From positions 124,001 to 188,000 of the forward strand of contig CBFFRP010000358.1 in assembly GCA_965644295.1 (NCBI GenBank): a stretch of 64,000 nucleotides of DNA. Direction: 5' to 3'. This DNA comes from Paraphysomonas bandaiensis (taxonomy: Eukaryota > Protista > Chrysophyceae). Shown here piece by piece: positions 36,701 to 49,527 of this stretch. How positions within the stretch are numbered: position 1 is the stretch's first letter; each line of letters opens with the position of its first letter. A program made the position numbers and the translations under genes. Under the pieces are notes generated by a model that did no database searches, was not told the DNA's origin, and saw only the letters and a program-made list of their open reading frames with translations.

Positions 36701-39700
36701 TCCAGTTCTGCGTAGCTATTCATTTTATATGTAGAACCACACTTCACACTACATGGTAGGGCACATGCCATTTGTTTATTCAGATTCAAATCATAACTTC
36801 TTGATCGAACAAAATTATTCGGTGGATTACTACAAGAAATGTCCTCAACTTTATCCGAATCACTCAGACTTCTGTGAAAATATTTACTTGAACTGGACAT
36901 TGCTGCAGAAGAAATCAAAATATCACAATTATTGAGAGAATACGTTTCGGATGTAAGATCATACGTACCAGGTCTAGATGAAGAGACTTTGGGTTGTAAT
37001 AAATGCGTAGGATGCCTGTCATATCTGCATTGCTCCACACCGTCATTAAGCCACTTCGCATCTGCAGCTGTGTAAAACTATATCAGGCTACTGTACGAAA
37101 CAACACTATACACGGCATAGTATGCACACTATATATCGTGCACTATTACTTGTACTAAGGGACTCAAAGACCATACCTGACTCCATAAGAGGTCTCTGCG
37201 AACACCTGTGGTGAAAGAGAATTAAAAACTGCTTAAACGCCGTAAAATTACCAGTATGTATCACATGAGGAATACAATGCAAAATAAAATACGCATGCTT
37301 GTCATAGCATTGTACTTTGATTTCTTGTTTAAAGCATATTCGCACATTTTTCCATTTCCACAATTTTCCAGAAGCCCAGGTGTTTTTCTACTTGTATTTG
37401 TGACCTCTTCATTGCACACATCAAAATCAGGAGAAAGATGTCGATCTGAATCTTTATTTTCGTTTAAAGAATCATCAATGCCTCCATTAGAAGTTGTGAG
37501 GAAGTTATTTCGTGTGAAAGTATCGTTGAGTTCAAAGTCAGCAACGATTTGAGATGTGTTGGATGGATTATAATCTTCACTACTTCCATCCAAGGCTTCC
37601 AATGCTGCTACCTCACGTGATGAGAATCGAGACGAGGTCGTGGCCCATGTTGAATTCGATATTCTTTGAGTGGATGCTACAAATTTGTACCAAAATATTA
37701 CATCAAATATATAAAATATATGTAATCGAAACACAGTAATATTATACGCACACAACACTAAGACAAAGTTACAGTGTACGATGCACTGACCAGTTAAGCC
37801 TGTCTTAGTAGACCTAGCGTCATGACCCTTATCCCCCATATCTGAAGCGGCGACTGTTGCAGTGCCGGCACTCCAACTTGAGTCCAATGGCAAGGAAGGT
37901 GTAGATGATCTGAATCTTGTCCCTGGGAATATGGACGACAAAAATAGTAAGCACTGAGCTATGAAATCTTTAGTACTTCATCAAATAAATACACGTCTAC
38001 TTCTTTACAGTAAAAAAAGCGCATATTGTCTAGTATACAACACAGAACACACGTTATATAAACACCTGGAAAACTTACCTCCACCATGTAGCCAACTTAT
38101 AAAAGATAAGAGACTGAAAGTAGTGTTCGTAAAATTCATTCCATCCAGCACATGAAATATATCACAAAGTTCTGCACTTGATTGCGCATTAATGAACCCC
38201 AAGTGATACGTGTTAATTCGGATGGACATATCCTTCTCTGACTCTGGATGACCTAGGAACCGCCCTATGTTTTGCGACAAATCTCTGCAAAATTAAGGAG
38301 TTATACATATTACACAGTATAAGCGCTGTATGAAATCCATTTTGGCCACATACTTTCTTGAATTTATGGCATAAACATCAGCTAGAGGTTCTTGATCAAT
38401 CTCAGATTGATATCCATCCAACCAATACAATTCCATGAGCCTATGCAATAGACGTTTATCACACACTTTGGGAGGCCAATCACAAGTAGCACCACTTACC
38501 CCTTGCCCTTGACTTCCACCTTTCCTCTATTATGAAAACTGAATTCGGCTACAATTACACATCAGAATGGACAACGCAAGCACCATAAGTGACAACATGT
38601 ATATCTATCGTGTGGTAAAACCCATACTATGATATACACCGAAACATACAAGCATATGACACATGCATATCATGCAAGTAACAAGCACATAAGAAGAACA
38701 CTTACAATGGCAGTGCTTTGTTATATTAGACACCACACTCTTGGATACTGTTATTTGCCCAGGAAGAGAACACGTGCACATTCTCGATGCTGTATTCACA
38801 GTGTCTCCAAACAGATGATAACTGTAAGATTTAGTGCCAATGACACCTGCTGTGACAGGACCTAGCAATCGTATACTAAAAATTACACAAAATTTCGTCA
38901 TACACGAGTGATTCATACATATTTCCTATTAAACGTGGAATATAACATGGACCGAATATAATAATATCCGATTGATCATGCAGTGCATACCAGTATGTAT
39001 TCCTAATTTGAAAATCACGGGTGACCCATCGGGCCAGCGCCACTGAAAATAATCAGCTGCTTCTCTCATTGCTATGGCAGTACGGGCAATTTTCGAAGCA
39101 TGCTCCTCAGTATGTACTATATCTTCCGCAGTTGCCAAGTGAGACCGATTTAAACCGTCACAACACATATAGGTATCAGCAATATTCTCCACTTTATAGA
39201 CTTCCATATGTTCCACAATTTTGTCAAAAAGGGTCACGACACGAATGAGTAACTTTACAATGTCCTGCAGAAAGAAAAATAAATATATGTACAACAAATA
39301 AAGTGCGACTCTACCTCCGCATGGCAGGATGATGAATGCTTATCAAAATCCACAATCAAGCAAAACAAAATAGAAACATTGTTGTGATGAGTGGCCAGCT
39401 TTTCTTTGTCGCCTTTCTTAAGAGCGTCTGATATATTTTCTGGAAGTATAGAATGAATTAACGTATCGCGTCGTCTTAAATCATGTCCAAGTCGATTCAA
39501 ACGCAGAAATAGCAAGCGAACATTGATCTCCAGATCTTGGGCAGATAATATACATAGAACAAGCATTGCAGGAAGCATAAATACACTATGGTCTAGTAAC
39601 AGGTGCTCATATTCAGGGTAGTAGAGAAGAAACGGAAGTACAGTGAAGGCTGTTATAAAAATTGACGATATAGTAAAGGCCTGACTGAATCGCAGTGCGG

Positions 39701-40193
39701 TATTAAAGCAGAAAGCAGTGTATACAACGGCATCACTCATTGACCACCTCCCAGCAAAAAAGAAGTAATTTGAATAGTCCATGGTATCTTGATTATAAGT
39801 CAAAATGGTATGCAAAACCAATAAGATGGCGCCATACACCACATATGACGCCGGTATCAAGTACTCGCGATGAGCACTATCGGTCTGATTAAGACGTTTG
39901 CTGAGAAGAAGAAACAATATAATGAGCGACCGGCATATTATCACACTATTGCAGCTGCCATTCGAGAGGTTCCATATTATTTCTGCGCATATTAACCATG
40001 CGTTGAACAGGATGTGCTCAGTGCATCCTCGTTGAAAAGCATGTCGAGCCTCCAGGCGGTAGTACTTCTGAAAGCACTGAATTCCAATCCGTCATATCAC
40101 AGAGGCACTATTGTTAATGCATATACTTACATACTCCGCATCAGGGTGGGAGAATCTGGGCACCACATCAACAGCAAGACCTGCTCCAGTCAT
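33776..40193 (-). CDS. Membrane class III nucleotidyl cyclase with two TM clusters and two catalytic domains; predicted guanylyl cyclase with inverted C1/C2 roles
   Basis: First domain: [42 protein letters not shown], KGKG. Second domain: LLYSDIKGFT, DTIGDAF, RIGIHTG, YLLWG. Start inferred at ATG 40193 (MTGAGLAVDVVPRFSHPDAEY). Confidence 0.88.
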
Positions 40194-40439
40194 ACTGATG
40201 ACAACAGATCGATGGCTATACCACGAACTCTAACATCTGATCAATAGGTGGTGGGTAGCCCTGAGCGGAATGTTCGGTGGTCGTGATGTATATGCTGCGA
40301 GTATCAAGAGTATCAAGTGAAGGCATGAAGAGCGTTGCACTGTCAAACTCTCTATGCGTTATACAGGAACATGCAGGCACATACACCCAAGAAAATTACA
40401 GGAACAGAGTGATGATACAGGAGTATACTGCTGTATACA

Positions 40440-41230
40440 GTATGTATGTATGTATGTATGTATGCATGCATGTATGTATGTATGTATGTATGTATGTATG
40501 TATGTATGTATGTATGTATGTATGTATGTATGTATGTATGTATGTATGTATGTATGTATGTATGTATGTATGTATGTATGCATGCATGTATGTATGTATG
40601 TATGTATGTATGTATGTATGTATGTATGTATGTATGTATGTATGTATGTATGTATGTATGTATGTATGTATGTATGTATGTATGTATGTATGTATGTATG
40701 TATGTATGTATGTATGTATGTATGTATGTATGTATGTATGTATGTATGTATGTATGTATGTATGTATGTATGTATGTATGTATGTATGTATGTATGTATG
40801 TATGTATGTATGCATGCATGTATGTATGTATGTATGTATGTATGTATGTATGTATGTATGTATGTATGTATGTATGTATGTATGTATGTATGTATGTATG
40901 TATGTATGTATGTATGTATGTATGTATGTATGTATGTATGTATGTATGTATGTATGTATGTATGTATGTATGTATGTATGTAGTAGGTATGTATGTATGT
41001 ATGTATGTATGTATGTATGTATGTATGTAGGTATGTAGGTATGTATGTATGTATGCATGCATGTATGTATGTATGTATGTATGTATGTATGTATGCATGT
41101 ATGTATGTATGTATGTATGTATGTATGTATGTATGTATGTATGTATGTATGTATGTATGTATGTATGTATGTATGTATGTATGCATGTATGTATGTATGT
41201 ATGTATGTATGTATGTACGTAGGTAGGTAC
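40440..41230 (+). repeat. (TATG)n tetranucleotide microsatellite, ~790 bp, with CATG/TAGG variants
   Basis: Directly visible; lies between the divergent cyclase and Nup35 starts. Confidence 0.99.
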
Positions 41231-41471
41231 GAAATCTATATTTACTGTAGGTAGGTATAGGTATACGTTTACCAGTACAGTACAGTATTCGTATTCCATA
41301 CTCCATGCCACACACAGCAGTATTCAGTATTCGACCGCCCTCACTGGTTCTTCGCTCTGCTTTGAACTGCAGGGAGGGAGTGCAACAATTCGTTCTGGTG
41401 TGACAATAGCATTCAAATAGTAGCCATTCTTTCTCCACTGTATTCCACGCATCATACATCCTTCCAGAGCC

Positions 41472-43329
41472 ATGCAGCAACCGTAATGATATACTGATAA
41501 GCAGTGCGTGTCCTGACTGTCGTACAGGTTCGAGCAGGGCATACGCAGACGACCAGGAAACAGAGACAGAGACCAGGAACACACAGTCCCTTCACTCATA
41601 TTTCAGGGCGGGTCTCGTGACTATTCGCCCAATAAGGCGCAGTCTCCCGGGCAGACGAAAACGTACCGTGCAATCAATCTGTGATGCGGTGATGTCTCTC
41701 ACGTATATGTGTATCTCAGTTTCATTCAAGGAGGCACTCCTTTGAAGTACAATAGCGTCTCGACTGGTGTGAGGTATGATAGTGTTTAATTTCGGTTGTG
41801 ATCTGCCGACTGCATCCAGTATGCAGCACGTATTCGCATTGCATTATTTTAGAATGGGACACATGCTTGTTTATGTTGTGGTTAATACGTGATTCTGTTC
41901 TATAGACCTTACCCATCAGAGTCGTTTGCTTCTCCTGGTGTCATGACAGGCCAGAGAACAGCTCCGCCATCTGCTTCAACAACTCCTGGAAGGGGTCTTC
42001 CCAGAAGTTCTATGCTTCAGAGAGGTGTGAATATGGGTGTGGGAATTCATATATTCTTTAGCAGGGTGCATCTCTTTGTGAGATGCTCCTGTACATAAAC
42101 TTCTGTGTGGGCTATGTATCAGCGTAATGTTCTCTATATTTTGTAAAGATGTGTGTGAGAGAAATGTCATCTGTACCCTGCATATGCCAATGTTTTTACA
42201 GAATGTTTTGATTAGATATGCAATCCATAGTGGCATCTGGAACGCCAAATAAGATGGGGTACGTATAGTTTTGAATGTATTTCAGACTGTCATTTTGGCA
42301 ACCTTAGAATCAGCGCCATTAACAAAGCGTTATATTCTGTATTTCTATATGCATTGTACCCTTCGGATTTAATGAAGATCTCATTTTTCGCATTAGAGAG
42401 TTCACGCCAATACACGAGAGAACAACTGCGGCTCAATCTCCATACATGAATGAAGACATTGATACAGGGATGGCGCCATCTTATGAGTTGCAACGTAGTA
42501 GCATGAAGAATAATGCTAGTAGTCTAAATTCCAATTCAAGTTCGGGTGTTATGACATCCACTCCCTCTAGAGGGCAGCACCTTGTTGTGGCCAACCCACT
42601 GTCTGCGGTATGTAATCGTGAGTATGATTTTGTGGCTGTGCGTCAGTAAACCTTTTTTGCCATAGCGAAGTATTAGAGACATGTCATCTGTATGTGTTGC
42701 TAAGAGAATATTACTTATGTAGGAGGAGTCAATGTGGCCCCACTGGGTAGTTGTGTTTGGGTTCAATCCGAATGCCGAACCGCATAGCCCTTGTGCCCTG
42801 CAAAACATTCTGCGGATATTTCAGGAATTCGGCGATATTGAAGACTATTCCAAGGGAAGCGGGAATTGGTTGTTCATAAAGTAATGCAATGTGTTTCACT
42901 GTTCTCACATTCTGTTCATGTATCTCACATCAGTATGTATTCGCTTTCGTGGTGTAACTGAAACGCCTATGCAGATATATATCTCCCCATGAAGCTGAAC
43001 GCGCTGTTGGGATGAACGGGGCGTTCTTGTCGAGTACGACTATAATTGGCGTCAACAGGGTTACACCTAAAATAGCGCGGGATATGAATATAGTAATTGG
43101 GGAAGATGGGCGGGTGAGAAACCAAGGGAATAGGGCGAATGGGGTTATGGGAAGAGAGAGTGCTTCTAGCTCAGCATTTAGGTGCAGCGCTATAATGGAC
43201 ATTAATTGGTCTTAGTTCTGACTTATGTGTAGGCGATCATTCGACCCACAATACGAAGACATTATGCGGCCGCCGAAGAGGTCGAAGGACATCTGCACCA
43301 GGATATTTGAATACTTTATGGCGTACTAG
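41472..43329 (+). CDS. NUP35: Nucleoporin Nup35/Nup53 (RRM-like MPPN domain, C-terminal amphipathic helix), multi-exon
   Basis: Spliced frame MQQP/FEQGIRRRP... with an S/T-P-rich N-terminus, WVVVFGF...ILRIFQEFGDI...GNWLFIKYISPHEAERAVGMNG and terminal ICTRIFEYFMAY*. Confidence 0.8.
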
Positions 43330-43882
43330 TCCTCTGTGTAGCGAGTTCCGTATTGCCGATGGGCAAGAAAAATTGACTGCTCTATTCGTATGCTTACCAG
43401 TGTGACTGTTTTGGTAGATTGGTCGAACAAAAACGGTGGTAGTTCATGGTTATTTCGTATGCACGGTAATTAACACTTAGATATGTTAACGTAGTGACTA
43501 TATCATCTATAGCGAGTAGAAACGCACTACAATTGTACGCTTACACCACGTGTTGGAGGGGGGAATTTCATAATGACCACTATAGACTATAGTAGCAATG
43601 ACACGCTTTTTGAGCATAACATCAGAGTTTTTAGTGGAGTAGTAGTTGTTCTGTTACTTGAAGAATACGGTATTTACAAACAGTATTATATGAAGTTGAC
43701 GACGCTTTGTCAGCAGGTCTCATTGGTCGCTCGTCGCTCCTCTCCAGACATAAAATGCTTTTGATTCTTGCGCATGAGCCACACTATAAGTTTCTTCGTT
43801 CAGTTGATCACCCTAAACTTATCGAACATCGGAAGTTGCTTCCAAAATAAATGCACACAATGCACTTTCAAGTATAGTTATA

Positions 43883-44737
43883 TTTAACCACGGGTAATAA
43901 GGAGGCTATATCGTCCCGCGCTCAAAATTTTGAAACGAGGGCGAAAAGCCCGAGTTTTAAAATTTAGACAAAGGACGATACTCCTTATCCCTAGGTTAAA
44001 TTGTAGCTTATCCTCATGACGTTGAAAAGTTAATATTATATTGTATAGCTATTTGTAGCATGCTTGCTGTATTAAGAAATAGATGTTCCTTGATTAAATT
44101 AATAACACAAATGAGAACTCATATAGTTTCAAATGAATGATATGTATACTGTAAGTGTGATGATAAATGTAAACAGTTGAAGATGACAGAGAGGCTTCTT
44201 AATTAGCATCATCATCACATTTATATACAGCAGGCTTTACCTCTGCAAGTGCACCTTATCGAAGGATGTGTGTATGATAATATATATGAGACACACAATA
44301 TCCTGAGAAGCATGATATGGCTCCAACCCTGAAAGAACTGGGTGCTACTGCTCCTAACCACCTATATAGCATCAGATATGGTACTTAAACTCTCCTGTAA
44401 TATTCTTGAAGTTGTTTCGAAGTCCTGGATATGAAGACAGATCACTTGCACTGACATCGTTGTGATCTTATACAGCAGTCGAAGGACGGAATATAACCTG
44501 GAGTGTTAGATGATCTGCTCTTGATATTTGGCTCATGATTGTGGTTTCTCTATAATTGTGTACTATAATAAAATCACGTACATTCGACTGTCATTATCAT
44601 AATGAAGATAAAAGTGAGCTTCTGTTGAACCGAATATTGAAGTTGAATGTCTATATTTGCCCGGTGCTGATATGAGCGCCCTGTTGAGCCCAAATCAGGT
44701 CAAAAAAAGCATTTTTTTAGACAAAATGGGGATAAGA
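43883..44737. mobile_element. ~855-bp non-autonomous insertion with a 118-nt terminal hairpin and subterminal inverted repeat, flanked by TTATA; possibly Crypton-type
   Basis: Hairpin 43883-44000 (tttaacc/ggttaaa, ataaggag/ctccttat, tatcgtcc/ggacgata, gggc-gaaaa-gccc). cttatcctcat (~44007-44017) pairs with atggggataag (44726-44736). TTATA at 43878-43882 and 44738-44742. Confidence 0.65.
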
Positions 44738-44832
44738 TTATAATAGCTATCTCAACACTTTACAAATTATATGTTCGTTAGTCACTCCTATATTTTACAT
44801 AGTCACACATCAGTAACTGAATTTACTTCCTT

Positions 44833-47800
44833 TGTTGAGTTCTGCAATATGATGTGATATATATTGTGCAATTGAAGTGAGTTAACAGTGTGCAATAGGT
44901 AAAGTCAACTCATAGGTGTAACGGGTGATTATAGTTACAAAGGAATTAAATTCAGTTACTGATGTGTGACTATACAAGATATAGAACTGACTGATGAACA
45001 TATGATAAACAGGTGTTGCTGGGAACAGATGTTTCAACATATGTTACACGAATATGTAGTGAAGTGTTCAGAATAATAATTATAATTTCTTACTTGAAAG
45101 TGCATTGTGTTCAACAGCAAGGTTACGGTTTACGTGTAGAGCAAAGTTAACTTCAGTGAAATGTCCATTGTTAATATGGTAGCGAGTGGTAGCTCTGATG
45201 AGGCGATGGAGGACAGCAAGGTGCTGAAGTTTGACAAGTGAAACGACACGTGTGTTGTAACGATTTGGGAGGCATGTGAACATGACGCAGATGTGTTGGA
45301 GGGTGCCGACCGATACATGGAGGCGACTACCAGACGATGATCCCAATAAGGAAGTTTTGTCCAATCATATGCTTCAAACGCTGGTGGATAGGTCTAGGAG
45401 TGAGAGTTGGGAGTAGTACTCGAGAAGACTACAGCGAAATACCAGCTTGTAAATATTGGCCAATGATATGGTCGAAATAGAGATTGATAGGCTGAAATGT
45501 ATTTTCTACTAAAACTGCCTTCTACACTGAGCAAAAAGCAGCAGAGCAGTGCAGCTGTTCATAGTTAACGAGCAGAGAGTGCTGAACATACACATGAACA
45601 GAGACAGAGACAGAGTTCATCGGCGGAATGGTGCTAATATGAAGATGATGATGTCTCATCTGGAGGGGAGTCCAATATGATAGAATCTGATGGTGAAGTG
45701 CTTATGACTGAAACAGTAGACCAACGAGTGTATCTAGACAGTTGTGCCGGAAAGCAGCTATTCATTGTTGTTAAAGATCATAGAGTGCTAGAGAAATATG
45801 AAGCAGAGCCAGGAGTCATATCTCTGACGAAGAAGGGGTCAGCAATGGAGACTCAAGGAGTAGGAAGCTTTCAACACTGGCAAAAGAGAAGGCATCAAAG
45901 TATGTGAAGATGCGGTGAAGAATATTGTCTCAGGCGGAATGCTGCGGGCACTGGTGTGTGGATTGGAACTACTTAGAATACCGAGAATTGTAGAGTTAAA
46001 CACTGGTAGAGAGGTGCTGGCTGGAGACTATGATGAGCATGGAGGAATGCCATGGGAGGCACTATATAATATTATGACGTTTTGAATTTGCCTATTATTA
46101 CGTTATCATGCCATCATGTAATGGAGGAAAATGCCAAGGAGGACAGTAAAGTTAGTGGATGTTGCCTTATGAGTGTGTTCCTGGGAGGAAAGGTGCCCGA
46201 GTTATCCTGGTTGAGAGGAAATGGGGGTGCAAGGCGTATGTATTAGTCCCGAAGGCCGATAGACGGAAAGACTGGGAGGAAAAGGCACAAACAGGATATT
46301 TTGTGGGTTTCACAACGAGCAGATGGGGTATCAAGTGTTGATAGTAGGAGATACAATAGTCACGTCTGTTCATGTCCTGTTTGATGTATCAGTGCCCTAG
46401 AGATCGGCTGATTACTACCGAGAAATGGACTAAGCCACGGTGGCAGTGGTTCCTCAGGGAGGAGTGTTATCGACAAAACCCATGTGAAGATGGCGGCCAA
46501 CTGTACAACAAGACCACGCGAATATAGATTCGGAAAGAGGTCTAACTGTGGGATATAGATCCCTGATGTCAGGTGGTGAGGAGCAACTGGAAGTTAAGAC
46601 TCCTATTCACATCATCGCGGATGAGTGAAGACCTTGTGACAAGAGTATCTGCTAGTTCTGGATCTCGTGACGACGGGACCAGCGGACATTTATTACAGCA
46701 GTTGACTGGGACGGTTCCATCCCCTTCTGACTTCGTAAGTGCTCCGGGAGAGGAAGCTCCATCAGATCGCTCAACTAGGGGCAGGCGCACAAGGGCTCCA
46801 AGGGTGGTGACGAATGTGTCAGTAGTAGGGGAGAAGCACGTATTACCTTCGTGTGACGAAGTGGAGTGCAGCCTACTAGAGGAGGCAGATTCCATCTGGT
46901 GCTCGTCAGCGGGACCTAAGGTGCCTCAGACATATTCCGAATCCTTGGAGTTGCCGGAACGGAAGCAATGGAGTTCAGCCAGGCTGAATGTGACGAACTG
47001 GAACGAAGGGAAGTAATGGAAGTTAAGCCCATACCTACCCCAGTGTCACTCCATTGACAGCAAGACAGGCTGAGCGTGACAGACTGGAACGAAGGGAAGT
47101 AATGGAAGTTAAGCCCATCATCCCTACCCCAGTGTCACTGCAATTTGAATCCTGAGTATGTCTTTGCTTTGAAACGCAACAAGGAGGGTGCGATTCCACG
47201 ATAGAAAGCAAGACTTGTGGTACTTGGATGCGGAGGCCATGAGGTTGGTAGAGCCAACAATTATACTCCAGTGGTAAAAGCGGTAACAGTAAGATTGCTA
47301 TTAGCTATCGCGTTTGTTATGAATATGGTGGTGCATCAACTCGACGTATCTAATGCATTCTTGTATATGCAGATATAAAAGGAGATGTGTGTATAAGTAT
47401 GCAACACCAGCAGATTTCAAATTGCCACCAGGATATTGCTTTAAACTGAAGAAAAGTTTATATGGTCTTCGAAGCTCACCACGGTCATGATGATAATATG
47501 CTGAGAGCATGTCGAGATACGAATATTATTTTGGAAATTAAGCGACGAGTATGTGAAAGGTTCGATATTACAGATATGAATGAGATTGGCTAGTTTTTGA
47601 ACGTGAGAGTGACGAGAACTCCGAATTGTCTCAAACTTGACATGACAGTGTTCATCAAAAAGATATTGGTGAAGTATGTGGATTTTCTGGGTGTCCAAGG
47701 GACAAGACGCGGCGATACCCACTACATAGTGATGTCATGGATAGGATCAAAGTGGGAGTGGAACATGTGCATTCGACTGAAGAGCAGGAATTAGTTGATA

Positions 47801-49023
47801 ATTTTCCCTATCGTCCACTAATAGGAGCGTTACTTTATTTATCTATGAATACAAGGCCGGATATCTCATATGCAGTTGGAGTATTGTCACGATTCTCAAC
47901 GAAAGTTAATATCACTGTATGTAAGCTCATGATGTATTTAATGCAGTATGTACGAGGTACTACAGATAAAGGCATTCATTATAGAGGGAGAGATTTTGAT
48001 CTTCATATGTTCACTGATGCCGACTGGGCAGGCGATCCGTTGACGAGGAGGTCGACTTCAGGATATAATATGTTGAGCTGGTGTACCACTATCGTGGGGT
48101 TCTAAACTTCAGTCTACTGTAGCTACATCGACTATGAAAGCAGAGTATCAATGCTTATATAACGGATTACAGGAAATGATATGGTCTCGGGGGGTGACTA
48201 GAGAAGTAGGGTTGAAAATTGACGAGCCCACACCATTATTCCTGGATAGTCAACAAAGTGCTCAGGATATATCGGAAAATCCAGTGCAACATCAACGATC
48301 GAAACATATTGAGATTAAGTATCATATGATTAGAGAGAATGTGGATCCCGAACAGTTTAATACAGCGAAATTAATTCATGTGAGCAGTCGACAACAGATG
48401 GCTGATATATATACCAAGGCTTTGAGAGGTCCAATATTCATTGAACAGAGGGAGCGAAATCTTGGGGAAAAATTTAAGACTACTGAACAAATTATCGCAG
48501 AGGTACCCAAGGTAAAGAGAGCTCGTCGTACCTAGTTAGGTGTTACTGAATGGTGGGAGCTAGCTATACCAGCGGAGTCATACGTCCACCAGTGTCCTAT
48601 GAGGTTCGGTGGTTGCGTATCCGATAGCAATGTTCTTCACATATTTTAGAATGGTTAACTACATCCAATTGAGTGGGAGTGTTGAGTTCTGCAATATGAT
48701 GTGATATATATTGTGCAATTGAAGTGAGTTAACAGTGTGCAATAGGTAAAGTCAACTCATAGGTGTAACGGGTGATTATAGTTACAAAGGAATTAAATTC
48801 AGTTACTGATGTGTGACTATACAAGATATAGAACTGACTGATGAACATATGATAAACAGGTGTTGCTGGGAACAGATGTTTCAACATATGTTACACGAAT
48901 ATGTAGTGAAGTGTTCAGAATAATAATTATAATTTCTTACTTGAAAGTGCATTGTGTTCAACAGCAAGGTTACGGTTTACGTGTAGAGCAAAGTTAACTT
49001 CAGTGAAATGTCCATTGTTAATA
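44833..49023 (+). mobile_element. Ty1/Copia LTR retrotransposon with two apparently identical 344-bp LTRs (44833-45176, 48680-49023), TSD TCCTT, degenerate pol
   Basis: PBS tggtagcga at 45177 and PPT ttgagtgggag. Protease YLDSCAG, integrase-end WGCKAYV...GYFVG, RT PYRPLIGALLYL..TRPDISYAV, RNase H DADWAGD, RSKHIEIKYH and ADIYTKAL. TCCTT at 44828-44832 and 49024-49028. Confidence 0.96.
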
Positions 49024-49527
49024 TCCTTTGTAACTATATTTACCCGTTATACATATCATACTGCAGAACTAAACAGTCAATACATTCAGTTTGCCTAAAC
49101 TCTCAGCTATCAAAATACATAACATTAAAGCTGCCAAAATAAGAAGCAATGACAGTGTGAAAGCAAACAATTGACTACTGCTGAAATACACCATACACCT
49201 GAGCACGTCGATTGTGAATCCAGTTTGCTCTGACGGATATGAGGTAGAAAGTGATAGTGTTGTGTATTGTGTATATGTAATATATAACAGTATCTACAAA
49301 GTATAAATAGTATTCGAGACTCCTGCAAACAGCATAAACCATTCGAAGTGGTATAACATGAGATTTCATGTGTCGTATTATACTGTAGTACTGATGCCAC
49401 AATGCAAGACAACCCCACGATGTGTACCAATATTGGCTACTTAAAATTAATACACTAACGAAAGAATACTACAGCCAAGGCGAAATTTATACCATCTACG
49501 TACTATTGATTTTGGATGCGGGCTCGA

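Larger units (their letters stand above)
43851..49074 (-). mobile_element. Older solo-LTR remnant of the same Copia family, split by two later insertions (pieces ~43851-43882, ~44743-44832, 49024-49074)
   Basis: Reverse complements of the three pieces align in order to the 344-bp LTR (tgtt.agttctgca...acgggt...tatagttacaaagga / aaattcagttactgatgtgtgactat / tacttgaaagtgcattgtgt). Confidence 0.8.

Noticed and set aside
40277-41582. Long ORFs (up to 407 aa) of MYVC/HTYI repeats
   Set aside because: Same artefact from the (TATG)n array.
41580-41670. GC-rich stretch that looked like a tRNA or ncRNA
   Set aside because: It is an in-frame exon of Nup35 bounded by AG and GT; no cloverleaf or A/B boxes.
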